64,000 bases of DNA from NCBI GenBank assembly GCA_905178155.1, contig CAJINV010000003.1, positions 1,731,557 to 1,795,556 of the forward strand, in the 5' to 3' direction. This DNA is from Amoebophrya sp. A120. Taxonomy: Eukaryota; Protista; Dinoflagellata. The stretch's first letter is position 1. Each line of letters begins with the position of its first letter. The notes beneath the pieces were generated by a model. It ran no database searches and was not told where the DNA came from. It saw only the letters and a list, made by a program, of their open reading frames with translations. A program made the translations under genes and the position numbers. Positions 33,131-44,808 of the stretch are shown here, in pieces.

Positions 33131-36100
33131 TCAAAGCCGTGCTTTCGCCGGGAAGTCGCGCATGGCCATCCTGACTCCTAAGTCGGCCATAATCTCTTCG
33201 CTGCCGCCCAATATGGAGGCGAACTTGTAGGTCCGGTTGAATTTTTCGCAGCCGTCGCCCAGGCCGGTCTTTGTGATCGCCCGGCCGCCGAACACCTGGC
33301 ACGCTTCGTCTGCCAGCATGGTCATCGTGCGCGTGGTGTTGTACTTCAGAAAAGAGATCGGGCCCGCGAGCTTCGCGACCTGGGTGAAGTAGTATGAGAG
33401 TGCGCAACTCCCCCTCCCCCTCATTTGTGTGGCATGAGCAGCAATACAAATGCCTGCACATCTGGAGCCTGTGCTTCACAAGTTCACGGGCCGATGGTAG
33501 TACTGACTTCTTGAAATTTGTCATGCAAACAGCGCCACAGGGGCAGGGCAGCAATAGCAAATGGCTTTGCAGTTTTGCATGACAAATGAGGGGGAGCAGG
33601 GGGTGTTGTGCACTCTCATAAGTAGTCCATTTTGTGCATCTGGTAGGTGATCTGTTCGAGGTTACTTTGCACCGCCTCCACCGCTATCAAATGTAAAAAT
33701 GTCTGGGTCTGGAAGAGTCCGAAATTTCTTATGCTGTTTTTGCATGACACAGAATGTCTGTCATGAAAGCCCTAGCATCACACATTTCTAGAGGCCTTCC
33801 TGATGCCGATTCCGCATGACAAATGCCCTCCACGCGTAGCATAAACCGGACTCCTCTACTTGCTGGTCATGCAATACAGAATTTTTTAGAGTCCAAAGTT
33901 AGCGTCACAAGTTCCAAACTTCCAGACCCAGACACTTTTGCAATCCATAACCGCCGCAATCATTTTGGCGAGCTTCTGCCGGATCACGGGTTCCTCCGCG
34001 AGAATTTTGCCGAAGACCTCGCGCTGCATCGCCCACTGGAAAGTTTCCTGGACCAGCTGCCGCATGATGCCAAGACACTGGCAACTGATGAACCACCGCT
34101 CGTGGTTGAAGCTATCCAATGGAAAGATGTTCTTGTTCATCCCAAACACGTGCAAAATGCATCGCAAATTTCGCTTTTGCTTAAGTACTTCGAGGATATA
34201 TATCACTTGTCATGCTAAAGTAAATAATAGAATTTTTGAAGAATATAGGAAACTTTTGGCATGCAGATGAAACCGCATTCTACTATTACGTGTGCCTGTA
34301 GTGAACAAGAATGTCGTGATATTTATCATTTCCAGTGGATAAAAGTTCGCCATGATGCACTTGAAGCCTTGGTTTTCCTTGCCCATGAGATTCGCGACCG
34401 GCACGTACACATCGTCGTACATTACCAGTGCCGTGCCCGCGCATTTCGAGTAGCTGGTTTGAATCTGCTTGGTGGTCACATCGTTGCCCTGGTTGTTGGC
34501 GAGCTGTTTGGCGTTACGCGGGACCAGCATCATGCTGATGCCTTTCATACCCGGGCCCCCGGTGCGCACCGCCGTGACGAAGTATGCAATACAAATTTCC
34601 CGCACATGTACAAAATGCATGACAAATTTCGCTATCGCTACCTTGCAGAGTCCAACTTGTCAGGCAAACTAGGATCGAAGCCAAGTTTTGTCATGCGGAG
34701 ACGACCGCATTTGTACGTGTACGGGAAATTTACTGTGGATACGAAGTAGTCGGAGAACATGCCGTTGGTGATCCATTTTTTCACGCCATTGAGGATGTAG
34801 TACCCGCCGCACGCGGATTTTTTCCCAGTCAGCTCAATGCGGGCGACGTCGGACCCGGCGGACGGCTCCGAGATCGCGAGGCAGATGCGTTTCTGGCCGA
34901 GCAGGCACTCGGAGGCCACAGTTTGCGCCAGGTCGGGCTTCGAGAAAATCAGAACCGGGGGGAGGCCGATGCAGAGCCCGGCGCCCAGGCCGTCGCCGTA
35001 ACCCGGCTGGCGTAAGCGGCCCAGTGCCTCGTGTGCCAGCATTTCGTGAAAGACATCAAAGTCGTCCGGCGATACGTTTGCTGGCAACTTGATGCCCAAC
35101 TCCTTCGCGAGCTGATAGTCATGCGCGGTAGTAATAGTGAGCGTGTTTTCTTTATCTTTTGGAAGTACTTATAGGCGCCCAGCAGCAGCTGGAAAAGTGA
35201 AACGCACTCGCCCGCGCGAATGCTGCGGCAGCTTTGCGGCAAGAACGCCCGGCGGCACGAACCAACGAAAAGCAAAAAAATCCGCGGCGCAGGGATCGAA
35301 CCTGCACCACCCAGCCGCTAGCGGTCTTCTGAAGCCACGGGGGACTCCTTCGAATTCCGAAGGCTCTACTATACACGAGGCGCCCCCTCCTACTTGGTAG
35401 GACGGCCATCGTCAGACTTTAACTGGGTGCACTACCAATTGTGCTAGCCGCGGTGTTGCCTTGAACGGAAACGACTTCACCCGGGTCGCCAGAATAGCTT
35501 TGCTAAACACGGGCATTCGGGCAAAAAATGCGACAAAAAACCAAAAGTTATTCGATAAGGAAGGAATTCCTTTGTTCTTGTGGGTGAAAAACTACACAAA
35601 TAACTGAGAAAATCAAAATGTCGAACTCCAACAAGACCAAGGGTGACGAAGATTAATAATTGTATGTACCGGCATTGCGGCGGTTCCGATCCGGGAGGCG
35701 AGATAGCCAAACGCGCCCATTTTTTCGTACACCTCCTTGGTCGGGTATTCGTCGGCAAGTTCCCCCTCAACGGCATCCTCGAGCAACTCGTGCTTTACGA
35801 ATTCGCGGCACGCACGGTAGAACTCCTTGTGGCTGTCGTTCATGTACGGCGAAACCGCCCATCCCTCCCGGTTTAGAGGTGCTTCCGCGTAAGGCACCTC
35901 ACTGACCACGTCCTCCTCTGCCGCTGAGGGGATTGCCTGTTTGTGTTTAGTTTTCTTTATTGCAGAAAAAGTGCATATATTTTTAACTACAAGTACAACT
36001 TCTAACTGTGTCCGTATGGGTCTCGTCCCTTGTCGTCAGCATCACGTAGTTCACGAAGTGCACAGGTAATAGCTCTGGTTCCCAGAAGGCAAGAGCAAGA

Positions 36101-36477
36101 CTAGAACTAAAAGTCTCCCTATGCACAAAATATCGAAGAAGCACTAGAACTACGTCCTCCGCCGCGAAATTTTCCAGGGATCCCACGCGGAGCCGCTTGT
36201 ACTTATCCAAGATCGCCTTGTTGTGCAGCGCGTAGAACTGCTTGGAGGCGTCTTTTCCCGCCACGGCCAGGAGGACAGCCCGGCCACCCGGGTGGAGCTG
36301 CGAAAACTTGGTGAGATCGTAGACCTGGCCATTGATGGCGATCCACAGGTCATTAGGTTGGTCGTGCTTCTTCAACTCCTCGAAGCTCACGACCTTGTTG
36401 ATGCCAACATTTTCTGATTTTGCTGTCTTGGTAGTAGAGGACGACGAGCTGCTCGAGGACGAGGCAACCGTCGCCAT
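33131..36477 (-). CDS. Acyl-CoA dehydrogenase with N-terminal cytochrome b5-like heme domain
   Basis: WIAINGQVYDLTKFSQLHPGG (cyt b5). CLAISEPSAGSD, LNGVKKWITNG, ANFNHERW, QREVFGK, ACQVFGG and ILGGSEEIM (ACAD). Four introners plus two other introns. Confidence 0.93.
33393..33620. mobile_element. Introner-like MITE, family 3
   Basis: tatgagagtgcgcaactcccc / ggggtgttgtgcactctcata. Direct repeat agtag (33388-33392, 33621-33625). Removal gives KMDY|FTQV. No GT-AG. Confidence 0.92.
33685..33949 (+). mobile_element. Introner-like MITE, family 2
   Basis: tgtctgggtctggaag / cttccagacccagaca. Direct repeat accgc (33680-33684, 33950-33954). Removal gives IAAV|EAVQ. Confidence 0.92.
34113..34341. mobile_element. 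Introner-like MITE
   Basis: tatccaatggaaagatg...ttcttgttca / tgaacaagaa...tttccagtggata. Degenerate duplication gaagc/aaagt. Splits the conserved ANF|NHERW motif. Confidence 0.88.
34583..34741. mobile_element. Introner-like MITE
   Basis: tatgcaatacaaatttcccg / cgggaaatttactgtggata. Direct repeat cgaag (34578-34582, 34742-34746). Removal gives SDYF|VTAVRT. Confidence 0.92.
35281..35453 (-). tRNA. tRNA-like gene, anticodon AAA by canonical numbering, with a 101-nt insert at 37/38
   Basis: Acceptor CCGCGGC/GCCGCGG plus A73, D stem GCAC/GTGC, anticodon stem CCCAG/CTGGG, T arm GCAGG-TTCGATC-CCTGC. A and B boxes intact, T7 run directly downstream. Lies in GT-AG intron 35112-35669 of the ACAD gene. 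Confidence 0.8.
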
Positions 36478-38309
36478 AGTTGTGTGTGGAAGTGGATGTG
36501 TATCTGATGCTGGTAAATAACCTTGGAGTTGGAGCTGGTGCGCGTAGTTCCACAATACCGCAGCTCTTTTCCTCTTCGCGTTTTCTCGTCCTCGCTACTG
36601 CTGCTGGAGCTGAGGGACCTGCAACTTCTAGAGGTTGCGGCAGCGGGGCGTCAGGGACAAGTAGTTGGAAGATTATATTGATGAAAATGACACAGGAAAG
36701 CTGCTGGGCTTTTTCAGCATCAGCGCTTGTTGCAACGAAGGACGACGAGACGGCCTTGTCCTCATCATCCGCTGCGACTCCGTGCAGGCGTACTATGGCA
36801 ACATGATTTCTTTACACTTCCTTTACAACCACGGAACTACGTTTTTCTCCCTCGTCCCCTCAACACCAGCATCCTTCGTCTCTACACTCGTCTTTGGAAA
36901 AAAGATATTGGCACCGCAGGAAGGCTTCTTGCCGTTTAACTTTAATATTTCCGGGCGGGAGTTTTTGTTTTATGAATGCGGTGGAAGAAGTCCAAAAAGT
37001 GAAAGTTGAAATTTGTTTGTCGGGGAGCTTCTCAAGGACTTTAGGCGGATAACTCTATGCTGCGGGCACAAGCACATAGATGGTAAGCAAGATTGAACAT
37101 AAAGCGGGTGGGTCCGGGTTGTCTATTTTGATGTTGTCAATTGCTGATGCTGGCGGGTAAAGAATTCTCATTTTGGTTCGAAGAAGTGAGAATGAACGAT
37201 CTTGTCCACAAAGCGACAAGGACAAGAACCATGAAAAATGTTGTCACGGTCGAACGACGCTCCGACTCACATCTCAGCCTCATACTCAAGGCAACGGCAA
37301 CGCAGTACTTACTTACCATCACAAACCGTCAGCAGGTCATCAAGCTCGACATCTTTGTTAAATGCAGTTTCTCTTTCTTACTCGTCGTTCGTAAACCAGT
37401 CATGCAATGCGCGAGTATCAACTCTGCATAGAGAAGCAAGTTCAAACACTTCTTTCTCGCATGGAACTTAACTGCTCGTCGCACATTCCAATTCCTCACG
37501 CTCAAAAAATTGCTTCTTACTACTTGTTCAGGGCCCATCCTTTTGGTCGATAATTCCGGATATGTGGCATAGTCTATTTTTCCATATATACAGTGATTCT
37601 AGTCCGCCGGCACGCGGCCGCTACCAACGATTCAATGAACGGCATAGCGCGGAAGGAGCGGATCATGAACAACTACTACAGCTTCTGGGACGCTTCATCT
37701 GCAACTTTGGTCTCTGATTTTGGGTTGCATTCCGAAAGCATTGCTGTCGCTGGATGGACACATCGTCCACATGGGTGCGTCTGTAGTGCCCGCGACTTTT
37801 TTTAAAGTCCCTGCCGATAATATTACTGTAGCTTGCACGTCGGATCGATGTCGATCATATTCATAAGTGAGCCGCCACTATTGTGCTTTCCTTTGTTTTC
37901 CTCATCAAGATGTTCAGCGTTGACATTTGTATTAAAGAGCGTTGTCCATAAACATAATTCATTCCCAGCGTTCAAGAAGAAGAACTGTAAAAAAAATGAT
38001 ACCTCAACCTCAGGAACACTTGAAGTACACGGCGGAAACTGAAGCCGTCGCGGAAAAAAAAAACGACATTGACATAGGAAGTGGACTCTTAGTACTCTTG
38101 ATAGATAAACATCGGGTGAGCGAAAAAGAAAAGCGCACAGTAGTGACTCCACAGCTAAGATGGAACAGCGCAGGCGCGATGCAGAAAAGCAGCTTGTTTG
38201 TGAACCCAATTAATACACGCGCAATGCTGGAGCTCGCAATGAGGACCGCAACCTCACGAAATTTCCTGAAATTGTTGCTCTTGCTCACCACAATCATACA
38301 TAGGAGACT

Positions 38310-41300
38310 TCACGCACCCCAGGCATCGAAAGGCGGTTGGGGGCTAGAGAACCCGGGCCACGTATCGCTGATAAACTTGGACACCCCGGCTAAGTGGGTC
38401 GGGGTCTCCTCCGGCGCCGGCTTCTGGTCCGCAGGACAACGGCCGTAACAGTCAAAGCCTCTCCCTCTCTCCAGCGATGGCTGACTCCATCCTGGCCAAT
38501 AACGACGAGCTGGCTTGTTCTCCTTGTCGCCCGTCCTCCCAACGGAGGATGCTGTGGTAGAGGACTCCGCGTTATGAACGGACAAAATACAATTTGACCC
38601 CAGAAAGAGCATATACTGTCACGAGAATGAAACTAGCGGCCTACGAGAATGAGGAAGCAAATGGGGCTCCACCCGCTTACAACTTTTCCCGCTCCGGACG
38701 GGGTAGACGCTGCACTTTTCATAGGGCTTGTGCCCGTTTTTTCGCGCAAAGCTACTTGTTTTGCGCGCGGTTTTTCTTCGCTCGAGCGGTCGGGTGGCGA
38801 AAAACTGCAATACAAAATTGGAAAACCGGCCGGATGCAGATGCAGCTTTTCTCCCCGCAGGAGAAAAGCCGCATCACAAATTCGCAAACTCCGCTTCCTC
38901 CGGTTGGAGAAAGACCGCGCCTCCGGTTCTCCGCATTACAAATGCGGAAAGGTGCCCATTGCCATTGCATTTGTAATGCGGAGAGCCCGACCTTTCAAAG
39001 GTCGGGCTCTCCGCGTTACAAATGCAATGGGCGGATGAAAGGTCGGGCTCTCCGCATTACAAGTGCGGAGTGCGGGGCTCCCCAGAGCTCGGGGTTCGGG
39101 TTGTGGGTAAATGGGGAAAGGGGAAAGCCCGGAGCCTCGGGTTCTCCGCAACCCGGGCTCTTCTCCGCATCACAAATCCCTCCTTTCGCCACAAGCGGCT
39201 GCCGCAGCCGCTGCACACCGTCGTGCGTAACCTTTTGCGCGATGCTATCCCCAAGCAGCAATATTCGCGCTCCCGATAGCATCGGGCATGAGGTTATGCT
39301 GCATGGTATCGCTGCGTGCGAATCCGAATTTCCCTCGCAGCCATACCATGCTGCATTAGGTTACGCCCGACCTGTGGCTGTCTTTTTCTGCCCCCCTTGG
39401 GCGTTTGTGCAGCTTCTTTTTACCCTCAAACACGACCGGACTCCGGGGAAAACTGTGGCTTAGGGAGGAAGCACAACTTTTCCGCGGACCACCCCGAGCC
39501 GGCCCCATGGTCACCAAAAGGCGCCCGCGAGACACGCCGAGGCCGCGCGCAAAATTGCAGCGGTTGTCTTTGTTTCGCAAGCACGCACGCCCGTGAGAGT
39601 GGCCTCCCCATTTTGCGCGCCGGCTGCATCTTCTACGCCGGGCCCGGGCCGGGGGGGTTCTGATTGATGGGAGGCCGTCGGCCGTTCATTCTTTCTCTTC
39701 GCTACCTAGGCTACTCAAAATGTCGCGGCGCGACCGGCGCTTTTATTTTAAGGGCCAGCGCACTCTCGTGCACATTTGGCCCGGGGGTGTCGTGCGAAAA
39801 AAACGCGGGAAACCAGGATGGACCAACGCAAAGAAGGCCACCAACCACCCCCACAAACCGGGGCGGAAGACAGACTGAAAGACACCAGGTGGGCCCGGCA
39901 ACACAATATGCGGGGCGCGCCCCGCCTGTTTAGTTTCTGCGATAGAATCACCGGGCGGGGCCCGCTTTTGCGCGTCGCCTGCCTTTCTTTTCGTTCCCTG
40001 TCCGTCGCCCCGGCCCCGGCAAACTTGGGCACATTGCGCGAAGCCCTTGGCGTGGTGGGGCTTGCACGGGGTGGGACAATTGCCGCCGCGCGCCCAAAGC
40101 TGTGCGCGGCCAGCGGGCTCTGTCTTCTCTGTGGACCGAAGGGCCGGCGCATGTATGTAACGGAGGGCGAAGGCCGCCGGTACTAGATGCATTGGTGGCC
40201 GCGTCATGCAATAGCGCAGCTCCTGCCCGCTGGCCAACAGGCTGGCCGCGCCCGTCTCGGCCCACAATGTCCAGGGCCCGCCGGCCGGCACGGCTTGTGG
40301 CGGGCGCGCGCGTGCGGGCAGGCGGTGCCTGCGCTGCCACTGCATCGGCCTTGCCAATATCCGCCAGCCCCGCCTCCTCGCCTCCCGCTTTCGCCGTTGC
40401 CCCCGGCCCCACTGCGCCTGGGCCCCATCCTGCGGGCGCCGAACAATTTTCAGAAAAAAGAACGTCGGCAAAGCGCTGGGGCCCCCCGGCCGGAAAGACC
40501 TTGGGCAGAAATTTGCCCGAGGGGCGCCACGCGCCTGCCGCCTCCCGCCCCCCCTCTGCCCTTCTGGCCGGCCCCGGTATTGCCGTCGGCGCGCTGCATT
40601 TTTGGCCAGCGCCCGCAGCTTTCCCCCAGTCCCCGGGCATTTCCCGTGTGCTTCCGGGTTGCTGCGGGCAGGGTCCCGTAACTTGCGGCGCGAGAATGAT
40701 TCTCGTGGCGGGCTTCGCATCTGCATGAAATTCCTTGCCATTCTCGCGCAAACGTAGTGTTTCCGCGAGAATGAAGAGGTGTTTCACGTCGAAAGCTAGG
40801 CCCTGCGAAAATCATTCTCGCACCGCTCTTTCTCGGGTCCGCCCGGCGCGGTTCCGAATCCCACTTGCCCGAGCGGAAATATCGCGTAAACCCGGCTCGC
40901 GTCGGCCCGGCGGGCAGCTCCGCGCGAGGCATTGGGGCAGTGCCGCGCAGGGAGAAACAGGGAAGCGGGCGCGGCTTGGGGGGCGACATATGCGGGCTGG
41001 CGCAACGAACGGAACAAGGCGCCGGCGTGTGCCTCCCAATCTGACGACCACCAGGCAGCGGGCCCGCGCGGGCGCTGAATACAACAGGCCCGGGCGTCGG
41101 GCGGTTTCTTTTCAATCGCCAGAGGCTGTGGCCGGCCGCTGCTCGACGCGGCCGGCCCGCCCGCCCGTTCGTTGTATTCTATCTGGGGCCGCCCAGAAAG
41201 CCAACCGCGCCCATTGTTTGTGGCAAGAATGAACGGCGGCGCGCGCGCTGGGAGTTGAGGCCGGCGGGGTGGGTGCAAGCCGAACTCCCAAGGCCTGACT

Positions 41301-43568
41301 GTCATGCCGCCGCGGCCCGGTCCCTCCGACAGGGCTCACGACAGTGGGCTCGGAAGATGCCCTGCCAAACATGTAGAAGACATCGGGCCCGGGGCCCCCG
41401 CTTCCGGTTTTCAGTTTGTTAGTTCGGCCCCGGCTCCGCGGTTGCGCGCGATCGAAGGTCTGAGGAAGGTGCGTCACAGCGAATACTTGGCTGGGCCTGC
41501 CATGGCAGTGGCCCTGCCCCACGAATCGCCGGGGCCCCCGCCTCCTTCACGCCTTGTCGGCCGCCCGGGCAAGGCGGGCCACCAAGCTGGTATGCGTGCG
41601 CCCGTCGGACTCTCTCCAAAGGCATGCGCATAACCGGCACCGAGCCGCCAGCGGGTCGCGCTTTTTGCAGAGGCGCCCTCCCCCCTCCACTTGAAGCATC
41701 GCTACCGGCGCTGCCCCAGAAACACCGCCAGCGCACCGGCGCCCCTAGCTCCGCACCCTTTCTTTGGACCCCAGTAGGAAAAGAAACGGAAAAAACAAAA
41801 CGAAAAGCCACGCAGCTTGCCACAAAAAGCGCGCCGGCTACACAACGAAGGCGCGCGCTGGCCCCTCATTGCTAGCGACCGGACCCTCGGGGCCCGGCGC
41901 AAAAACGGCAAACGCCAAAAATCGGCCGTGTCTGCGAAGGTGTTTGTATGCTTGCGAAACACCGAACGCCGCGGGAATTTGGGCCATTGACTGCACGAGG
42001 GCCCGCGCGGCCCCGTGGTTTGATGCGGGAAAAGGGGCACCGCGGGGCCGGCTCGGGGTGGTCCGCGGAAAAGTTGTGCTTCCTCCCTAAACCACAACTT
42101 TCCCCGGAATCCGGTCGTGTTTGAGGGTAAAAAGAAGCTGCACAAACGCCCAAGGGGGGCAGAAAAAGACAGCCACAGGTCGGGCGTAACCTAATGCAGC
42201 ATGGTATGGCTGCGAGGGAAATTCGCACGCAGCGATACCATGCAGCATAACCTCATGCCCGATGCTATCGGGAGTGCGAATATTGCTGCTTGGGGATAGC
42301 ATCGCGCAAAAGGTTACGCACGACGGTGTGCAGCGGCTGCGGCAGCCGCTTGTGGCGAAAGGAGGGATTTGTGATGCGGAGAAGAGCCCGGGTTGCGGAG
42401 AACCCGAGGCTCCGGGCTTTCCCCTTTCCCCATTTACCCACAACCCGAACCCCGAGCTCTGGGGAGCCCCGCACTCCGCACTTGTAATGCGGAGAGCCCG
42501 ACCTTTCCGCCCATTGCATTTGTAACGCGGAGAGCCCGACCTTTGAAAGGTCGGGCTCTCCGCATTACAAATGCAATGGCAATGGGCACCTTTCCGCATT
42601 TGTAGTGCGGAGAACCGGAGGCGCGGTCTTTCTCCAACCGGAGGAAGCGGAGTTTGCTAATTTGTGATGCGGCTTTTCTCCTGCGGGGAGAAAAGCTGCA
42701 TCTGCATCCGGCCGGTTTTCCAATTTTGTATTGCAGTTTTTCTCCACCCGACCGCTCGAGCGGAGAAAAACCGCGCGCAAAACAAGTAGCTTTGCGCGAA
42801 AAAACGGGCACAAGCCCTATGAAAAGCGCAGCCTCTACCCCGTCCGGAGCGGGAAAAGTTGTAAGCGGGTGGAGCCCCATTTGCTTCCTCATTCTCGTAG
42901 GTCGTTAGTTTCATTCTCGTGACAGTATATGCTCTTTCTGGGGTCAAATTGTATTTTGTCCGTTCATACTCCGCGTCGGAGGAGACTTCCAGAAACGACT
43001 CCACGGGCTCGCCCTTGGACCAGAATGCTTGCTCCTCCGCACAACTCACGACGCCGTCGTTGTTGATGTCCGCGCCGGCGCGCAAGAGCCGCTGCGTCTG
43101 CACAGAGCACTCAATGGCGTCCAGATCCGCCATCGTGACTAGGGCCGTATCATTGATGATCTTTTCGATGATCTTGACGGAAACTGATTCCGCCGCTGCG
43201 AGCATCGGCGGCTGTTGTGTGTGAAGTTTGGTGTGAAAGCGAATGAGCTGATGTCCTCAATGTACTTATGTCACAAGAAAAGAAAGAGCTTTATGTATAT
43301 GTCACAAAAGAAAGAGCAACAGCTATTCCTACTGCCACGCGGACGGAACAAATGCTGGACCTCCTCAATACAGAAATACCATGATGACATCGGAGCTTTT
43401 GCGCGCGGTTTGCTGCAGCGACTGCGGCATCCCTTCCGCGCCGATCTTCTTGGTGCTCGTCCCAGTGAGGTCGAATTTGCCCGCTTCCATGTCCGTCATC
43501 GCGGCTTGGTTACCTCGGACATAGAGCGCCAAACAGCTCACAACGATTTTCGGGAAAAAAAGCCGCAT
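38310..43568 (-). CDS. Putative secreted EF-hand-like protein interrupted by a 4.4-kb foldback element
   Basis: Signal-like MRLFFPKIVVSCLALYV, EF-loop-like DINNDGVVSCAE. Removing 38573-42968 plus one 8-bp duplicate joins SSDAE|SSTTAS in frame with ORF 38310-38612. Confidence 0.6.
38573..42968. mobile_element. Foldback DNA transposon with about 930-bp terminal inverted repeats
   Basis: Arms 38573-39506 and 42044-42968 are near-identical reverse complements. Ends tatgaacggacaaaa...ttttgtccgttcata. Target duplication ctccgcgt (38565-38572, 42969-42976). GC-rich 2.5-kb interior with no recognisable transposase. Confidence 0.93.
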
Positions 43569-43977
43569 CTTCACAGACAGTTTATTTTGTTTCACTCACC
43601 CCGGAGGGGTGAGAGCTGTCTTACTTCACGATAACTTGGCTTCGTCGACTTCTAGAAAAAGAAGAAAAACAACACGTCACGTTGTATTCAAGGAAGAGTG
43701 TGTTGAATACGCGATCCAAAACACCGATTTTCGTCCCGATCCTTTCAAGGACAAGATGAAGATTCTGATGTACTGCAGCTTTGTTTGGTCCTGTCACGAA
43801 ACACAATTGTAGGCGAAGCGAGATCAGCGAACACTCACTGACTTGGGACAGCACACTGGGCCCATCTTGCTTCTTTATCGACTTCGACAATTCCGGATAT
43901 TATGTAGCATAATCTATTGATGTTCCACGAGACTGAAATACAAATATTGCATACAACAACAGTATCTTCTATCAACA

Positions 43978-44808
43978 TCAAGAAGCAATGTAAATTGTGA
44001 AGGGTAGGGAAGCCAAGAAAAAACGACCCTCGCGGATGTAATCTATGAGTTCGCCAAGAGTATCGTAGTGGATGCGGTGTATGAATTCCTCAGCGGCCGG
44101 TAAGCCACTCATGGCAGCTTTAACAATCTGTTTTAGTGCGAAATTGTGGTGCTGCCGCAGCGCGCTCTTCCCGTAAGCCTCTCGCCCCAACGCCCCAATG
44201 GACAGCTTCGAAAAGCGGGTGAGGCTCTGCGCCTTGGTTTCCGAGTAGTACAGACTGATCTGGCTGCTCTTGCTGGCTGAAGATGTACTTGTTGATCCTT
44301 CTTGGACAAGCGTTTGATCATGCTCCCCCAAAGCAGGCTCTACCACTTTGGCAATCAGACACAGCGCCAGGTCCATCGACCGTGCGGCCCAGAGAGCACC
44401 GACGGTTGCGCTATCGTCTTTGGGCAACTTTGGCTTCGACTGCTCCGCCTCGATATCCAACAGCTGTGCCAAACCCGTGCTCGATGAAGACGAATTGGCG
44501 TCGTTCAACAAATCTCCTGCGTGCGTTGTCGCTGCTTTCCGGACCTTCGCAACGTTTTTATCCAGATCGTTCTTTACGACGTTCATGATCGTCCCGAGCC
44601 CGCTCAGCACCTCGCTGTGCATCTCCAGGCACCGTAGAAAGCAGTCGACCGACCGCCTATCTACGTCCTCTTTTGCAAAGGCGCGAAAAGACTGCACAGC
44701 GCGTCCAACCGCACTAGTACTCGCGACGTGCTTGTCTGCATCGAAATTTCCCGCCTCGGCGCTCTTCTGAACGTTGGCCTGCGGCTGCGCCGCTGAAGTA
44801 GCGGTCAT
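43978..44808 (-). CDS. Glycolipid transfer protein (GLTP) domain protein
   Basis: LGTIMNVVKNDLDKNVAKV, SATVGALWAARSMD and AYGKSALRQHHNFALKQIVKAAMSGLP match the GLTP motif order. Confidence 0.85.
   Translation of the reverse strand: MTATSAAQPQANVQKSAEAGNFDADKHVASTSAVGRAVQSFRAFAKEDVDRRSVDCFLRCLEMHSEVLSGLGTIMNVVKNDLDKNVAKVRKAATTHAGDLLNDANSSSSSTGLAQLLDIEAEQSKPKLPKDDSATVGALWAARSMDLALCLIAKVVEPALGEHDQTLVQEGSTSTSSASKSSQISLYYSETKAQSLTRFSKLSIGALGREAYGKSALRQHHNFALKQIVKAAMSGLPAAEEFIHRIHYDTLGELIDYIREGRFFLASLPFTIYIAS

Noticed and set aside
39507-42043. ORFs in the foldback interior as a transposase
   Set aside because: Overlapping Arg/Gly/Pro/Ala-rich frames expected from high GC; no DDE, zinc-finger or HTH motif recognised.
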